A stretch of 64,000 nt of DNA. Origin: an uncultured Flavobacteriales bacterium (GTDB lineage: Bacteria > Bacteroidota > Bacteroidia > Flavobacteriales > JBLHRE01). This document shows positions 37,445-46,580 of the stretch, in pieces. The stretch spans positions 81,339-145,338 of the forward strand of contig CAKZPI010000021.1 of the NCBI GenBank assembly GCA_937139155.1, given 5' to 3'. The notes beneath the pieces were generated by a model. It searched no databases and had not been told where the DNA came from. It saw nothing but the letters and a program-made list of their open reading frames with translations. A program made the position numbers and the translations under genes. Each line of letters starts with the position of its first letter. Positions within the stretch are counted from its first letter, which is position 1.

Positions 37445-39856
37445 TTATCCGGATTCATATTTTAAGGCGTAAATGGCACTTGCCTCAGAGGCTTTAAATG
37501 CATGATAGGCGATAATGCTCATGGTTACCAAAGAGGCAATGCCCGCTGTTATCAACATATAAGTTGCATCCAAAGAAATGGAGTAAGCAAAGCCATCTAA
37601 CCATTGAATCAGGAGGTAATAACTAAAAGGAACGGCCAATAAAAAAGCCAAGCCCAAAAGGCTCAAGAACTCACTAGATATAATCCAAGCCAAGTCACTT
37701 GCATTGGCGCCTAAAACCTTGCGCACCCCGATTTCTCGGGTTCTTTGTTTTAGGTTAAACGCGGTTAAAGCGTAAAGCCCAAGGGCCGAAACTAGGATGG
37801 ATAAGAGGGCAAGAAAGCCAACAATTTTCACCATTCTTTCTTCGGTTTTGTATTGCTCGGCAAACCCTTCATCTAGGTAAAAGGATTCGGTGATTCGTCC
37901 AGGGTCATGCTTTTGCCAAATGGACCCAATTTTTTCTTCGGTAAATGAAAAATCTGAGCGAACTTTTATGGTGAGGTAGGCCACAAAAGAATTGGTGAAT
38001 TGAATGGCAAGAGGCTCAACCGGATGATGAAGGCTCTCAAAATGAAAGTCTTCTACTACGCCAATAACCTTGCCATCAACTGTGGCTTGGTCATCGGCAA
38101 GTAATCCGATTTGAATCCTCTTGCCAATCGCATCACTACCCCAATTGTAAACCTCCGCGGTTTTCTGATTGATGATGAATGCTTTGCTATAATCTTGCGC
38201 TGAATCTGGGTTGAAATTTCTGCCTTGAATCAGGTTGAGATCCATGGTTTTTAAATAGTCTTGATCAACCGACATGTATCGCATGGTGGCCTCGTGAAGC
38301 TTGTTCTTGGTTTCCACCCGAACCATTAATTCTCCAAATCCTTGCCCAGGAACATTTGAGCTAAGGGCCACATTTTCTACAGAAGGAAGTCGTTCAATGT
38401 CTTTTAGAATTCCTGATAAGTTTCGTTGAAAGCTGGTGTCAGAAGGAATTCTGTATACCAAAAGGGGGTCATGACTAAAACCCAGGTCTTGTCCTTTCAT
38501 GTACCGCATTTGTTGCCCTACCACCAAGGTGCCTAAAATCATGGCCATGGAGAAAGCGAATTGAATCACTAATAAAGACTTCCGCACCAAACCCGACGAG
38601 CCTAAGCGGGGAAGCCTTCCTTTCAATACATGAATGGGTTCAAACGAGGAAAGGATGAAGGCCGGATAAGAGGCCGATAAAACGGATACGGCGATAATAA
38701 TGGACAAGCTTAAGAGAATGACTTTTCCTTGAAGAAGGATGCTTAGACTGAATGACTTGGCCGCCATTTGATTGAAGGAAGGAAGGGCCAATTCTACCAG
38801 TATCAATGAGATGGCATAGGCCAATAATGACATGATAAAGGTCTCTAAGAAGAACTGTAAGCGAATGGATGATTTTCCTGCTCCCAGGGTTTTCCGAATT
38901 CCGATTTCTCTAGAACGCTCGGCAGATCTGGCCAAACTTAGGTTGATGAAATTTATGCAGGCAATGATGAGCATGAACAAGGCTACAAGTCCAAAGATTT
39001 GAACGTAGGTATAATTGCCTTTCGGACTGTCAAATTCATTGGTGTGATCAAAATGTACAGCCTCAATGGGTACAGCCTCGTAATAGTACATTTCTTCTGA
39101 GCCATTTTGTTCTGCCCAAGGCCGAATATGCTTTTCGCCGAATGCGTCTAGGCTTGCCTGAAGGCTAGCAGGGTCAGGGGTTTTGTGAAATTTCAAATAA
39201 GTGAAACAAACGATACGGAAAAGGTCCTGATTGAAAACTTGAGCCCATTGTGGGTTCAAATCTTCCATTGAAACCAAGGCGGAAAATTGAAGGTCTGAAT
39301 TGCTTGGTACATCTGCCATTATTCCTGAAACCTGATAAACCTTTCCGTTTACCTGAAGGCCTTTTCCCAGGGCATCCCCTTCAGGGAAATATTTCTCAAC
39401 CATTGATTGAGACAAGACGATTTTCTCTTTTCGATTCAGTACCTGCTCAGCTTGGCCTTGAATTAGCTCATATCCAAAGACCGAGAAAAAAGAAGAGTCA
39501 GCGTATAAGATTCCATTTTCATTGTAGTGAATTTGGTCTCTTTGAACGTCTACGCGTTTCCCATAGCTCAAAAGACGAACCACTGACTCTATCTCCTGGT
39601 TTTCTTCAGCAATCATAGGTCCGATGGGCAAGCCCGTAAGACCAGCGGTAATGTTAGAGCCCTTGGTGCTCAGCCGGTAAATTTTTTCTTTTTCAGGATG
39701 AAAATTATCGAAGGTAACTTCATCCACTACATACATGCCCAAAAGGAGGCAGGCGCTGATTCCGGCAGTCAATCCTGCCAAAGAAATAAGGCTGTAAAGT
39801 CTATGCCTTCTCAACAAGCGCACGGTGAATACCAAATTTGCCCAAAGCCTTACCAT
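37445..39856 (-). CDS. ABC transporter permease, MacB/FtsX-like with duplicated FtsX domains
   Basis: 803 aa in two repeats. Each has an N-terminal TM, a large periplasmic domain and 3 TM carrying the conserved REIGIRKTLGA / REIGVRKVLGA motifs. Confidence 0.85.
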   Translation of the reverse strand: MVRLWANLVFTVRLLRRHRLYSLISLAGLTAGISACLLLGMYVVDEVTFDNFHPEKEKIYRLSTKGSNITAGLTGLPIGPMIAEENQEIESVVRLLSYGKRVDVQRDQIHYNENGILYADSSFFSVFGYELIQGQAEQVLNRKEKIVLSQSMVEKYFPEGDALGKGLQVNGKVYQVSGIMADVPSNSDLQFSALVSMEDLNPQWAQVFNQDLFRIVCFTYLKFHKTPDPASLQASLDAFGEKHIRPWAEQNGSEEMYYYEAVPIEAVHFDHTNEFDSPKGNYTYVQIFGLVALFMLIIACINFINLSLARSAERSREIGIRKTLGAGKSSIRLQFFLETFIMSLLAYAISLILVELALPSFNQMAAKSFSLSILLQGKVILLSLSIIIAVSVLSASYPAFILSSFEPIHVLKGRLPRLGSSGLVRKSLLVIQFAFSMAMILGTLVVGQQMRYMKGQDLGFSHDPLLVYRIPSDTSFQRNLSGILKDIERLPSVENVALSSNVPGQGFGELMVRVETKNKLHEATMRYMSVDQDYLKTMDLNLIQGRNFNPDSAQDYSKAFIINQKTAEVYNWGSDAIGKRIQIGLLADDQATVDGKVIGVVEDFHFESLHHPVEPLAIQFTNSFVAYLTIKVRSDFSFTEEKIGSIWQKHDPGRITESFYLDEGFAEQYKTEERMVKIVGFLALLSILVSALGLYALTAFNLKQRTREIGVRKVLGANASDLAWIISSEFLSLLGLAFLLAVPFSYYLLIQWLDGFAYSISLDATYMLITAGIASLVTMSIIAYHAFKASEASAIYALKYESG

Positions 39857-40545
39857 ACCAGTTCATTTTGGGAGGTTCGGTTTTCAGAAAGAAGTTCGCC
39901 ATCCAAGAGCCTGATGATTCTTGACGAAAAGGCTGCATCATGGGCAGAATGGGTTACCATCACAATGGTGGTGCCTTGTTCGTTGAGCTGAGCCAGTAAG
40001 TCCATTACTTCATTGCCTTGCTTTGAATCCAGGTTTCCGGTTGGCTCATCAGCCAAGATGACAGATGGGCTGTTCACCAAAGCTCGGGCCACAGCAACCC
40101 TCTGTTGTTGTCCGCCAGAAAGTTGACTTGGGAAATGCTTATGCCGGTGGCTCATTTTCATGCGGTCCATGACCTGCTCAACCAATGCTCTTCTTTCCTT
40201 CCGCGGTTTGTCAAGGTAAATAAGCGGGAGTTCAATGTTCTCGTAAACGGTAAGTTCTTCAATGAGGTTGAAGCTCTGAAAAACAAATCCAATTTCCTTT
40301 CGACGAATCTCTGATCTGGCTTTTTCATTCAGTTCAACCATGTTCTTGCCTTGAAAAAAATAAGCTCCCTGACTGGGCACATCAAGCAATCCTAAAACAT
40401 TAAGAAGGGTGGTCTTGCCACAGCCTGAGGGACCCATAACCGAAAGGAATTCACCCGATTCAATGTTGATGCTCACCTGGTTTAAGGCAATGGTCTCAAC
40501 CTCTTTGCTTCGGTAGATTTTAGATATGGACTCAGTTCTTATCAT
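39850..40545 (-). CDS. ABC transporter ATP-binding protein (MacB/LolD-type)
   Basis: I placed the start at the ATG at 40545 ([13 protein letters not shown]). Walker A is GPSGCGKTT, the signature is LSGGQQQRV and Walker B is ILADEPT. Confidence 0.9.
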   Translation of the reverse strand: MIRTESISKIYRSKEVETIALNQVSINIESGEFLSVMGPSGCGKTTLLNVLGLLDVPSQGAYFFQGKNMVELNEKARSEIRRKEIGFVFQSFNLIEELTVYENIELPLIYLDKPRKERRALVEQVMDRMKMSHRHKHFPSQLSGGQQQRVAVARALVNSPSVILADEPTGNLDSKQGNEVMDLLAQLNEQGTTIVMVTHSAHDAAFSSRIIRLLDGELLSENRTSQNELVW

Positions 40546-40676
40546 TTTAATTTTCTGGGCAAGTTCTTGATTTTTTTCTCCTGAAAAAGTCAATGCCAGC
40601 TTCTTTGCGCTCACCGTATGATTGACTGGCATTGACTCGATTCAAGATTTGGTTTAAGAAACCTACAAACAGGATT

Positions 40677-41009
40677 TTAGAGAAGTTTAAAGTTTATTGG
40701 AAGGGCAAAAACCTCTCCTGGAACTTCTACAGATTTTAATTTTTTGGCATCTAGTTTTTCAAGGATCATTTCAATGGCCTCTTTGTTCTCAGAGGAAATA
40801 TTGAGGATTTCAATTTGATTTTGGGCATTTACTCGAAATTGAACCCTGGCCGTGGCGTATTTAATGTTTCGCTCAACAAGGTCATTGAGTTCAAAATAAG
40901 ATCTTACCTCCTTTTGAATTTTTTGGGTGGTGAAGGAGTCTACGCCTGCTTGAACCGAGGCTCCGATAACAAGCAGGAAAACCGATAAAATTGCAGCTTT
41001 TGTTTTCAT
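40677..41009 (-). CDS. small secreted protein, first gene of the ABC operon
   Basis: 110 aa with signal peptide MKTKAAILSVFLLVIGASVQA. I do not recognise a family. Confidence 0.5.
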   Translation of the reverse strand: MKTKAAILSVFLLVIGASVQAGVDSFTTQKIQKEVRSYFELNDLVERNIKYATARVQFRVNAQNQIEILNISSENKEAIEMILEKLDAKKLKSVEVPGEVFALPINFKLL

Positions 41010-41065
41010 AATTGCTTTTGATTTGAGATGAATTGAACATTAGGTTTTAGGTTGCTTGTTTTATG

Positions 41066-41081
41066 ACAAGCCCTGTGCCAA
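41066..41081 (-). promoter_or_regulatory. candidate sigma-54 (-24/-12) promoter for the 41009->37445 operon
   Basis: The minus strand reads TTGGCACAGGGCTTGT, i.e. TGGCAC-N5-TTGT against the consensus TGGCAC-N5-TTGC. GG-N10-G spacing is correct, but the -12 C is replaced by T. It lies about 57 nt upstream of the ATG at 41009 and next to a divergent sigma-54 activator gene. Confidence 0.35.
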
Positions 41082-41144
41082 AACTCATTATATGCTATGA
41101 ATCAGGGGGTTGCTGTTTTGGGCTGGATTTTAATCCCTCAAAAC

Positions 41145-41181
41145 TGTTCGATATCGAACACTCTATGTCCGAAATCGCACA
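41145..41181. promoter_or_regulatory. two tandem 16-bp palindromic sites (candidate activator UAS)
   Basis: TGTTCGATATCGAACA (41145-41160) is a perfect palindrome. TGTCCGAAATCGCACA (41166-41181) is an imperfect copy. Centres are 21 bp apart and lie about 70-95 bp upstream of the -24 element. Confidence 0.4.
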
Positions 41182-41217
41182 TAGAATTTCTACCCTGCAT
41201 GCATTACATTTGAAGCC

Positions 41218-42555
41218 ATGGCCCATTCAGCTAAAATTTTATTGATAGATGACGATTCAGATGTACTTACATCCTTGCATCTATTATTGAAAAGGAGGTA
41301 CTCACAAGTTGACAAGGAAAAGAACTCCGTGAACATCCATAATCGGGTTTCGAATGAATCCTATGACCTGGTTTTTCTTGACATGAACTTCAGGAAGGGA
41401 TTGAACGATGGAAATGAAGGCCTGTACTGGATGAATCAAATCAAAAACCTTTCACCTCAAACCGCCATTGTGGCCATGACGGCTTATGGAGATGTTCATG
41501 TAGCTGTGGAAGCCATGAAAAGGGGAGCCGAAGATTTTGTCTTGAAGCCCTGGGAGAATGAACGCATCATAAACCTTGCTGAAAAGCTCCTCAAAGGAAA
41601 AAAGAAGAAACCAAAACAAAACGAAAGACCTGATAAGGTTGAATTTATTGGGGGCTCAGAGCCTGTTCGTCAAACCCTTCGAACGGTAGAAAAGATTGCT
41701 CCCACCCAAGCCAATGTTCTAATTCTTGGCGAGAATGGTACCGGAAAAGATCTAATTGCCAAGAGGATTCATGATCAATCCTCAAGAAAAGATCAACCCT
41801 TTGTGAAGGTTGATGTTGGAGCCCTTACCGAAACCTTGTTTGAATCAGAACTCTTTGGTCATGTTAAAGGAGCTTTTACCGATGCACATGCGGATAAGCA
41901 GGGAAGGTTTGAACTGGCCGATAAGGGAACCCTTTTTCTAGATGAAATCGGAAACTTGGGGATGGCTCAACAGGCCAAACTCCTTACTGTTTTGCAGAAT
42001 CGGAAAATTACTCCGCTCGGAACCGGGGAAGAAAAGCCCGTTGATATTCGTTTGATTGCTGCTACAAATTCTCCCATTTATCAAGAGGTTGAACAAGGAA
42101 ATTTTAGGCAAGACTTACTCTATAGGCTAAATACGGTTGAACTTCAACTTCCCGCCTTACGAACCCGGAAAGAGGACATTCCTGAACTGTCAAGATTTTT
42201 CTTGGATAAGTTTTCAAGCAAATACAGCCGGAGTATTCAAGGACTGGAGGATCAAGCCCTTCAAAAATTAATTCAACATTCTTGGCCCGGAAATGTACGA
42301 GAGCTAGAGCATTGCTTAGAACGAGCGGTAATTCTTTCTGAATCAAGCATGATTACGGCATTAGACTTAAGCTTTACCGCCGAAAAAGCCAAAGAGGCAG
42401 CCCAAGCCTTTGACAATTTAAACCTTCAAGAAATGGAACGAAAGCTCATTCTCAAGGCCATTGATGAAAACCAGGGCAATATTTCAAAGGCTGCCAAAGA
42501 ACTGGGCATTACTCGCACCGCACTTTATAGACGATTGGATAAGTATGGGATTTAG
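41218..42555 (+). CDS. sigma-54-dependent response regulator (NtrC family)
   Basis: 445 aa. Receiver domain (LLIDDDSD...FLDMNF), AAA+ domain with GENGTGKD, the sigma-54 contact loop GAFTDA (GAFTGA variant) and ESELFGH. The C-terminal Fis-type HTH is ISKAAKELGITRTALYRRL. Confidence 0.92.
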   Translation: MAHSAKILLIDDDSDVLTSLHLLLKRRYSQVDKEKNSVNIHNRVSNESYDLVFLDMNFRKGLNDGNEGLYWMNQIKNLSPQTAIVAMTAYGDVHVAVEAMKRGAEDFVLKPWENERIINLAEKLLKGKKKKPKQNERPDKVEFIGGSEPVRQTLRTVEKIAPTQANVLILGENGTGKDLIAKRIHDQSSRKDQPFVKVDVGALTETLFESELFGHVKGAFTDAHADKQGRFELADKGTLFLDEIGNLGMAQQAKLLTVLQNRKITPLGTGEEKPVDIRLIAATNSPIYQEVEQGNFRQDLLYRLNTVELQLPALRTRKEDIPELSRFFLDKFSSKYSRSIQGLEDQALQKLIQHSWPGNVRELEHCLERAVILSESSMITALDLSFTAEKAKEAAQAFDNLNLQEMERKLILKAIDENQGNISKAAKELGITRTALYRRLDKYGI

Positions 42556-43903
42556 TAGATTTACCATACAGGTTTTAATCAGGGTGATTTTACTAACCCT
42601 TTCCATTTTAGCTCTGGCCTATATCCTGCAAGGTATGCACCTTATCTTCTTGCCCATTGCCTTGGGCGGATTGATACTTTTTCAGGTCTTTGAACTTACT
42701 CGCTTTGTGAGCAGAACCAATAAGGAGCTTGCCCGGTTTATTTTCTCCCTTCGTCATGCAGACTATACGGCAAGGTATCCCGAGGCTGATATGGGCAGCG
42801 GATTCAAGGAACTTTCTGAAGCTTTTCAGCTGGTATCGGATCGGATGCGGGAGAAAAAATTAGAGAATGAATCGTATTTGCATTTTTTGAATACCGTAGT
42901 TTCTCAGATACGGGTGGGAATTATTGGGCTTTCTCCTTCCGGGGAAATCATGATTATGAATCAATCGGCTACCAGCCTATTAGACCTTCCAAACCTTAAA
43001 AAATGGGAGCGGTTTGAAAAGAAATCTCCAGACTTTTCGGCTGCCGCCAAGCTTATGAAAGATGGAGACCGAATCTTATTGTCTTTGGATACAAGCACCG
43101 GAAAAAGGCAGCTTTCCTTGAGCTTGAAGGTCATTAAATTGCTGGGAGAGAAGCATAGGATTTTCACCTTTTACGACATTAAATCTGACCTTGAAAGGAA
43201 GGAAATTGACTCGTATAATAAATTGATTTCCATTCTCACCCATGAAATTATGAATTCGGTAACTCCTGTTTCCTCCCTAACCCAAACCGTTTCATCTCTC
43301 TTGCATACGGACAAAAATGAGGTGGTTTCAAAAGAAGACCTAAGCCAGGAAGACTTGAAAGATGTAGCAGACTCAGTTGAAACCATTCGGAAGCGAAGCA
43401 AGGGAATGCTTTCCTTCATTAAAGATTACCGAAAAATTGCGAAAATCCCGGAGCCTGTGCTCAACGAGGTTGGGGTAAAAGATTTCTTAGATCAGGTGGT
43501 AAGACTTATGAAAACCGAAATCACCAATTCAGGTTTGTCAATACGAATCAATGTGAGTCCGCCCCCTCTTAAAATATTCATGGATCAAGCCCTGATTGAA
43601 CAGGTTCTTATCAACCTAATCATCAATGCCATTCATGCCATGGAAGGGCAAGAAGAGGGTTTGATTGAAATTCATGCCGGATTGCAAGAAGGGTATAAGG
43701 TGATTAAGGTAATTGATCAAGGAAAGGGGGTGTCTGAGGAAATTCAGGATAAAATTTTCGTACCCTTTTTCTCAACCAAAAAAACTGGATCGGGCATTGG
43801 TTTAAGCCTTTCTCAACAAATTATGCAAAAGCATAAAGGGGTAATTGACTTGGAAACCAAAGAGGGGAGGGGCACCACCTTCCTCCTTAAATTTAGGTAT
43901 TGA
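42545..43903 (+). CDS. sensor histidine kinase
   Basis: I placed the start at the ATG at 42545 (MGFSRFTIQV...), overlapping the regulator by 11 nt. Two TM, H-box LTHEIMNSVTP, and N/G boxes NLIINAIHAM, DQGKGV and GSGIGLSL. Confidence 0.85.
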   Translation: MGFSRFTIQVLIRVILLTLSILALAYILQGMHLIFLPIALGGLILFQVFELTRFVSRTNKELARFIFSLRHADYTARYPEADMGSGFKELSEAFQLVSDRMREKKLENESYLHFLNTVVSQIRVGIIGLSPSGEIMIMNQSATSLLDLPNLKKWERFEKKSPDFSAAAKLMKDGDRILLSLDTSTGKRQLSLSLKVIKLLGEKHRIFTFYDIKSDLERKEIDSYNKLISILTHEIMNSVTPVSSLTQTVSSLLHTDKNEVVSKEDLSQEDLKDVADSVETIRKRSKGMLSFIKDYRKIAKIPEPVLNEVGVKDFLDQVVRLMKTEITNSGLSIRINVSPPPLKIFMDQALIEQVLINLIINAIHAMEGQEEGLIEIHAGLQEGYKVIKVIDQGKGVSEEIQDKIFVPFFSTKKTGSGIGLSLSQQIMQKHKGVIDLETKEGRGTTFLLKFRY

Positions 43904-44054
43904 TCCACCCCGCCCCATGTCATGCCTTTGCTATCCGTTCTCATGGCAGGAAGTCAGTTCCTGTTAACAAGGGCGTTTTTAAAAGTTTCTGATTATTTCC
44001 ACATTTCAGGCCAATCAAAATATATTTTTAACCCGGCTTTAACGTTGTCCTAAT

Positions 44055-46571
44055 ATGGTCTGGATCAAAAGGTTGTTATGGGTTTTGGGGTCGGTATTAA
44101 TAATGCTGGCGCTTGCTTTGGTAGGAATTGGTTATTTCTTTCAAGATGAGCTTGTTGGAATCTTCACGAAGGAGATAAACAAACAGCTCACGGCGGAGGT
44201 TTCGGTGGATGAAATCAAGTTTTCCGCTTGGAAGAAATTCCCCGATGCCACGGTTGAGTTTCAGAACATTTCCTGTTTAGAGGCAAAATCTTTTCCAAGG
44301 AAAGACACATTGTTCACTGCGGAAAGCCTGTTTTTGAACTTTAACCTATGGGATTTAATCCAAGGCCGGTATAAGGTTAAGCAAATTGAACTATCCGCAG
44401 GAAAGCTAAACTTGGTTACCGATTCTCGAGGAAATAAGAACTATTCCATTTGGAAGACTTCTGAAAACCCTGAAAACTCAAATTTCCAGATTGACCTTGA
44501 GTCTATACTTCTTTCAGGGATCGATTTTCAATTCGCGAATCAAGTATCCAGGCAAGAATACAGTGCCATTGTGGAGAATGCACGGGTTTCAGGTAGCTTG
44601 AAGTCTGGGGTTATGCAGTATAAGTCCAATGCTAAATTAAAAGACTTCCGCGCCAAGCACCCCCATTTTCAAATCTTAGACCCAATCCCGCTTGATTTGG
44701 ACCTTGAAATGGTCCTTGAAGGTGAGAAAATCACCATCCGCGAAAGCGAAATACGCTGGAACCAAACCCGGTTGATTGCTGAAGGGGAGATTCAAGGGGA
44801 TGATTTTAACCTTCTGGTTTCGGGCTCTTCGCTTAAGCTTGAAGAAACCCTACCCTTCTTGCCTGAAAACATTCGTGAGGCATTGACTCAGTACCACCCA
44901 AAAGGGAAGATTGCCCTTTCTGGCCGGGTGATTGGAAATAAATCAGGGCTTAAGGCGGAGGGGTCTTTTTCAGCGGAAAGGGCTGAAATTTTAAGAAAGG
45001 ATGCCGGACTTAGCCTATCCAATATGGAGTTTTCAGGCGATTTCAATTATCCGGGAAATTCAAGGCAAGCCCGTATTCGAATCAATGATTTTGAAGGGAA
45101 TTTGAACAAGGGTAAAATCAAAGGAAAGCTGGATTATGAGAATTTCAATTCTCCAAAAATTGACCTTCAGGTTTCCGCTAATTTAGATTGGGCCTATCTA
45201 CTTCCCTTTGTGGGCATACCTGAAATAGAGTCGGCCTCCGGAGCTTTTGATTCGGAAATTCGTTTCCGGGGTCAGTTTGCTTCCGCTGGAAAAATTAGAG
45301 GTTCAGACCTGGGTAATGCGGAATTCTCTGGGTTTTTGAATACCCAACCTGCCAGAATCAAGCTTCAGGGCAATTCAAACCCCTATGAGATTTCTGCCAC
45401 GAAATTGGTTTTCGACAATCAAGAGGTTGGTATCAATAATCTTCAAGCTAAAATTGGGCAATCTGACTTTACCTTGAACGGAACTTGTAAAAACCTACTT
45501 GACTACCTATTGGTGCCAGGAAGGAGCTTATTGGTTCAGGCCGATCTAAAGGCAGGTAATTTAGATTTCAATGAAATTCTCAGTTCAAATGCCCGGGTTG
45601 AAAAGAAGGAAGAGTCGTATGCATTGCGCATTAGCCCGAGGTTAACTGCTCAGGTAAACTTAGAAATTGGGGCCCTTAAATTCAGAAGGTTTGAAGCCAG
45701 AAACTTACGTGGAAAAATGGACCTTCGGGATCAAATTATGCGGATTGACCCCTTGTATATGGAAACCCTTGACGGGAAAATTCAGGGCAATTTTGTCTTG
45801 AATGGAAGAGGGAATAGACTGCATTTAACAGGAAGGTCTGACCTGGAAAATATTGACGTTCAAGACTTGTTTTATGCCTGTGAGAATTTTGGTCAAGCCT
45901 ATTTAAGGTCGGATCACTTGCGTGGATTGGCCACAGCTTCCATTGTTTGGGATACCTACTGGTCAGAAGGGCTTGAGCCTGATTTGGATAAATTTAATGC
46001 CGTAGGCGACATTCAAATTGACCAAGGTGAGCTCATTAATTTTGAGCCCATGAAAGCCTTGGCTGATTACGTTAGACTGGAAGAGTTGGAGCATATTAAA
46101 TTTCAAACCCTGCAAAACCAAATCACCATTCGAAACCAAAAAGTGATCATTCCGAAAATGGACATTAAATCTTCCGCATTAACGGTAGAAGCTAGTGGGA
46201 TTCATGGGTTTGACAATAGCATTGATTATAAATTCAGACTTTTGCTTCAGGAGCTCTTAACTAGAAAGGTGCGAAATCAAGACCCTGAACTCTTTGAAGA
46301 ACATGGGGTGATTCGGAAAGAAGGCTTAGAAACTTCCTTGTATTTAACCATGGTAGGAACCGTGGATGATTTTACCATAAAGTACGACCGGCAAGGCTTG
46401 AAAGAGAAAATAAAAGACGAAATTCAAGCCGAGAAAAAAGAGGTGATAACTTTAATTCGGGATGAGTTCAAGGGGGAGCAAAAGCCAGATACCTCAAAAA
46501 CTACCCCCATTAAGGAAAGTGGGTTTACCTTTGAATGGGATGAGGACGACGAAAATCCCAAAGACCCATAA
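44055..46571 (+). CDS. AsmA-family / AsmA-like C-terminal domain protein
   Basis: 838 aa with an N-terminal TM anchor and a long beta-rich repetitive body typical of AsmA/TamB-like proteins. Assignment is by architecture. Confidence 0.65.
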   Translation: MVWIKRLLWVLGSVLIMLALALVGIGYFFQDELVGIFTKEINKQLTAEVSVDEIKFSAWKKFPDATVEFQNISCLEAKSFPRKDTLFTAESLFLNFNLWDLIQGRYKVKQIELSAGKLNLVTDSRGNKNYSIWKTSENPENSNFQIDLESILLSGIDFQFANQVSRQEYSAIVENARVSGSLKSGVMQYKSNAKLKDFRAKHPHFQILDPIPLDLDLEMVLEGEKITIRESEIRWNQTRLIAEGEIQGDDFNLLVSGSSLKLEETLPFLPENIREALTQYHPKGKIALSGRVIGNKSGLKAEGSFSAERAEILRKDAGLSLSNMEFSGDFNYPGNSRQARIRINDFEGNLNKGKIKGKLDYENFNSPKIDLQVSANLDWAYLLPFVGIPEIESASGAFDSEIRFRGQFASAGKIRGSDLGNAEFSGFLNTQPARIKLQGNSNPYEISATKLVFDNQEVGINNLQAKIGQSDFTLNGTCKNLLDYLLVPGRSLLVQADLKAGNLDFNEILSSNARVEKKEESYALRISPRLTAQVNLEIGALKFRRFEARNLRGKMDLRDQIMRIDPLYMETLDGKIQGNFVLNGRGNRLHLTGRSDLENIDVQDLFYACENFGQAYLRSDHLRGLATASIVWDTYWSEGLEPDLDKFNAVGDIQIDQGELINFEPMKALADYVRLEELEHIKFQTLQNQITIRNQKVIIPKMDIKSSALTVEASGIHGFDNSIDYKFRLLLQELLTRKVRNQDPELFEEHGVIRKEGLETSLYLTMVGTVDDFTIKYDRQGLKEKIKDEIQAEKKEVITLIRDEFKGEQKPDTSKTTPIKESGFTFEWDEDDENPKDP

Positions 46572-46580
46572 AATTGGTGT

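Noticed and set aside
41063-41245. 60-aa plus-strand ORF (MTSPVPKLIICYESGGCCFGLDF...) in the divergent control region, considered as a possible small peptide or precursor.
   Set aside because: It spans the candidate sigma-54 box and both palindromes and overlaps the regulator start. Its composition is unremarkable and there is no supporting signal. It is more likely a chance ORF in regulatory DNA, though ribosome profiling could revisit it.
43951-43967. Short hairpin caggaa-gtcag-ttcctg after the first histidine kinase, considered as a terminator.
   Set aside because: The stem is only 6 bp and the T-run is 13 nt away. This is too weak to report as a feature.
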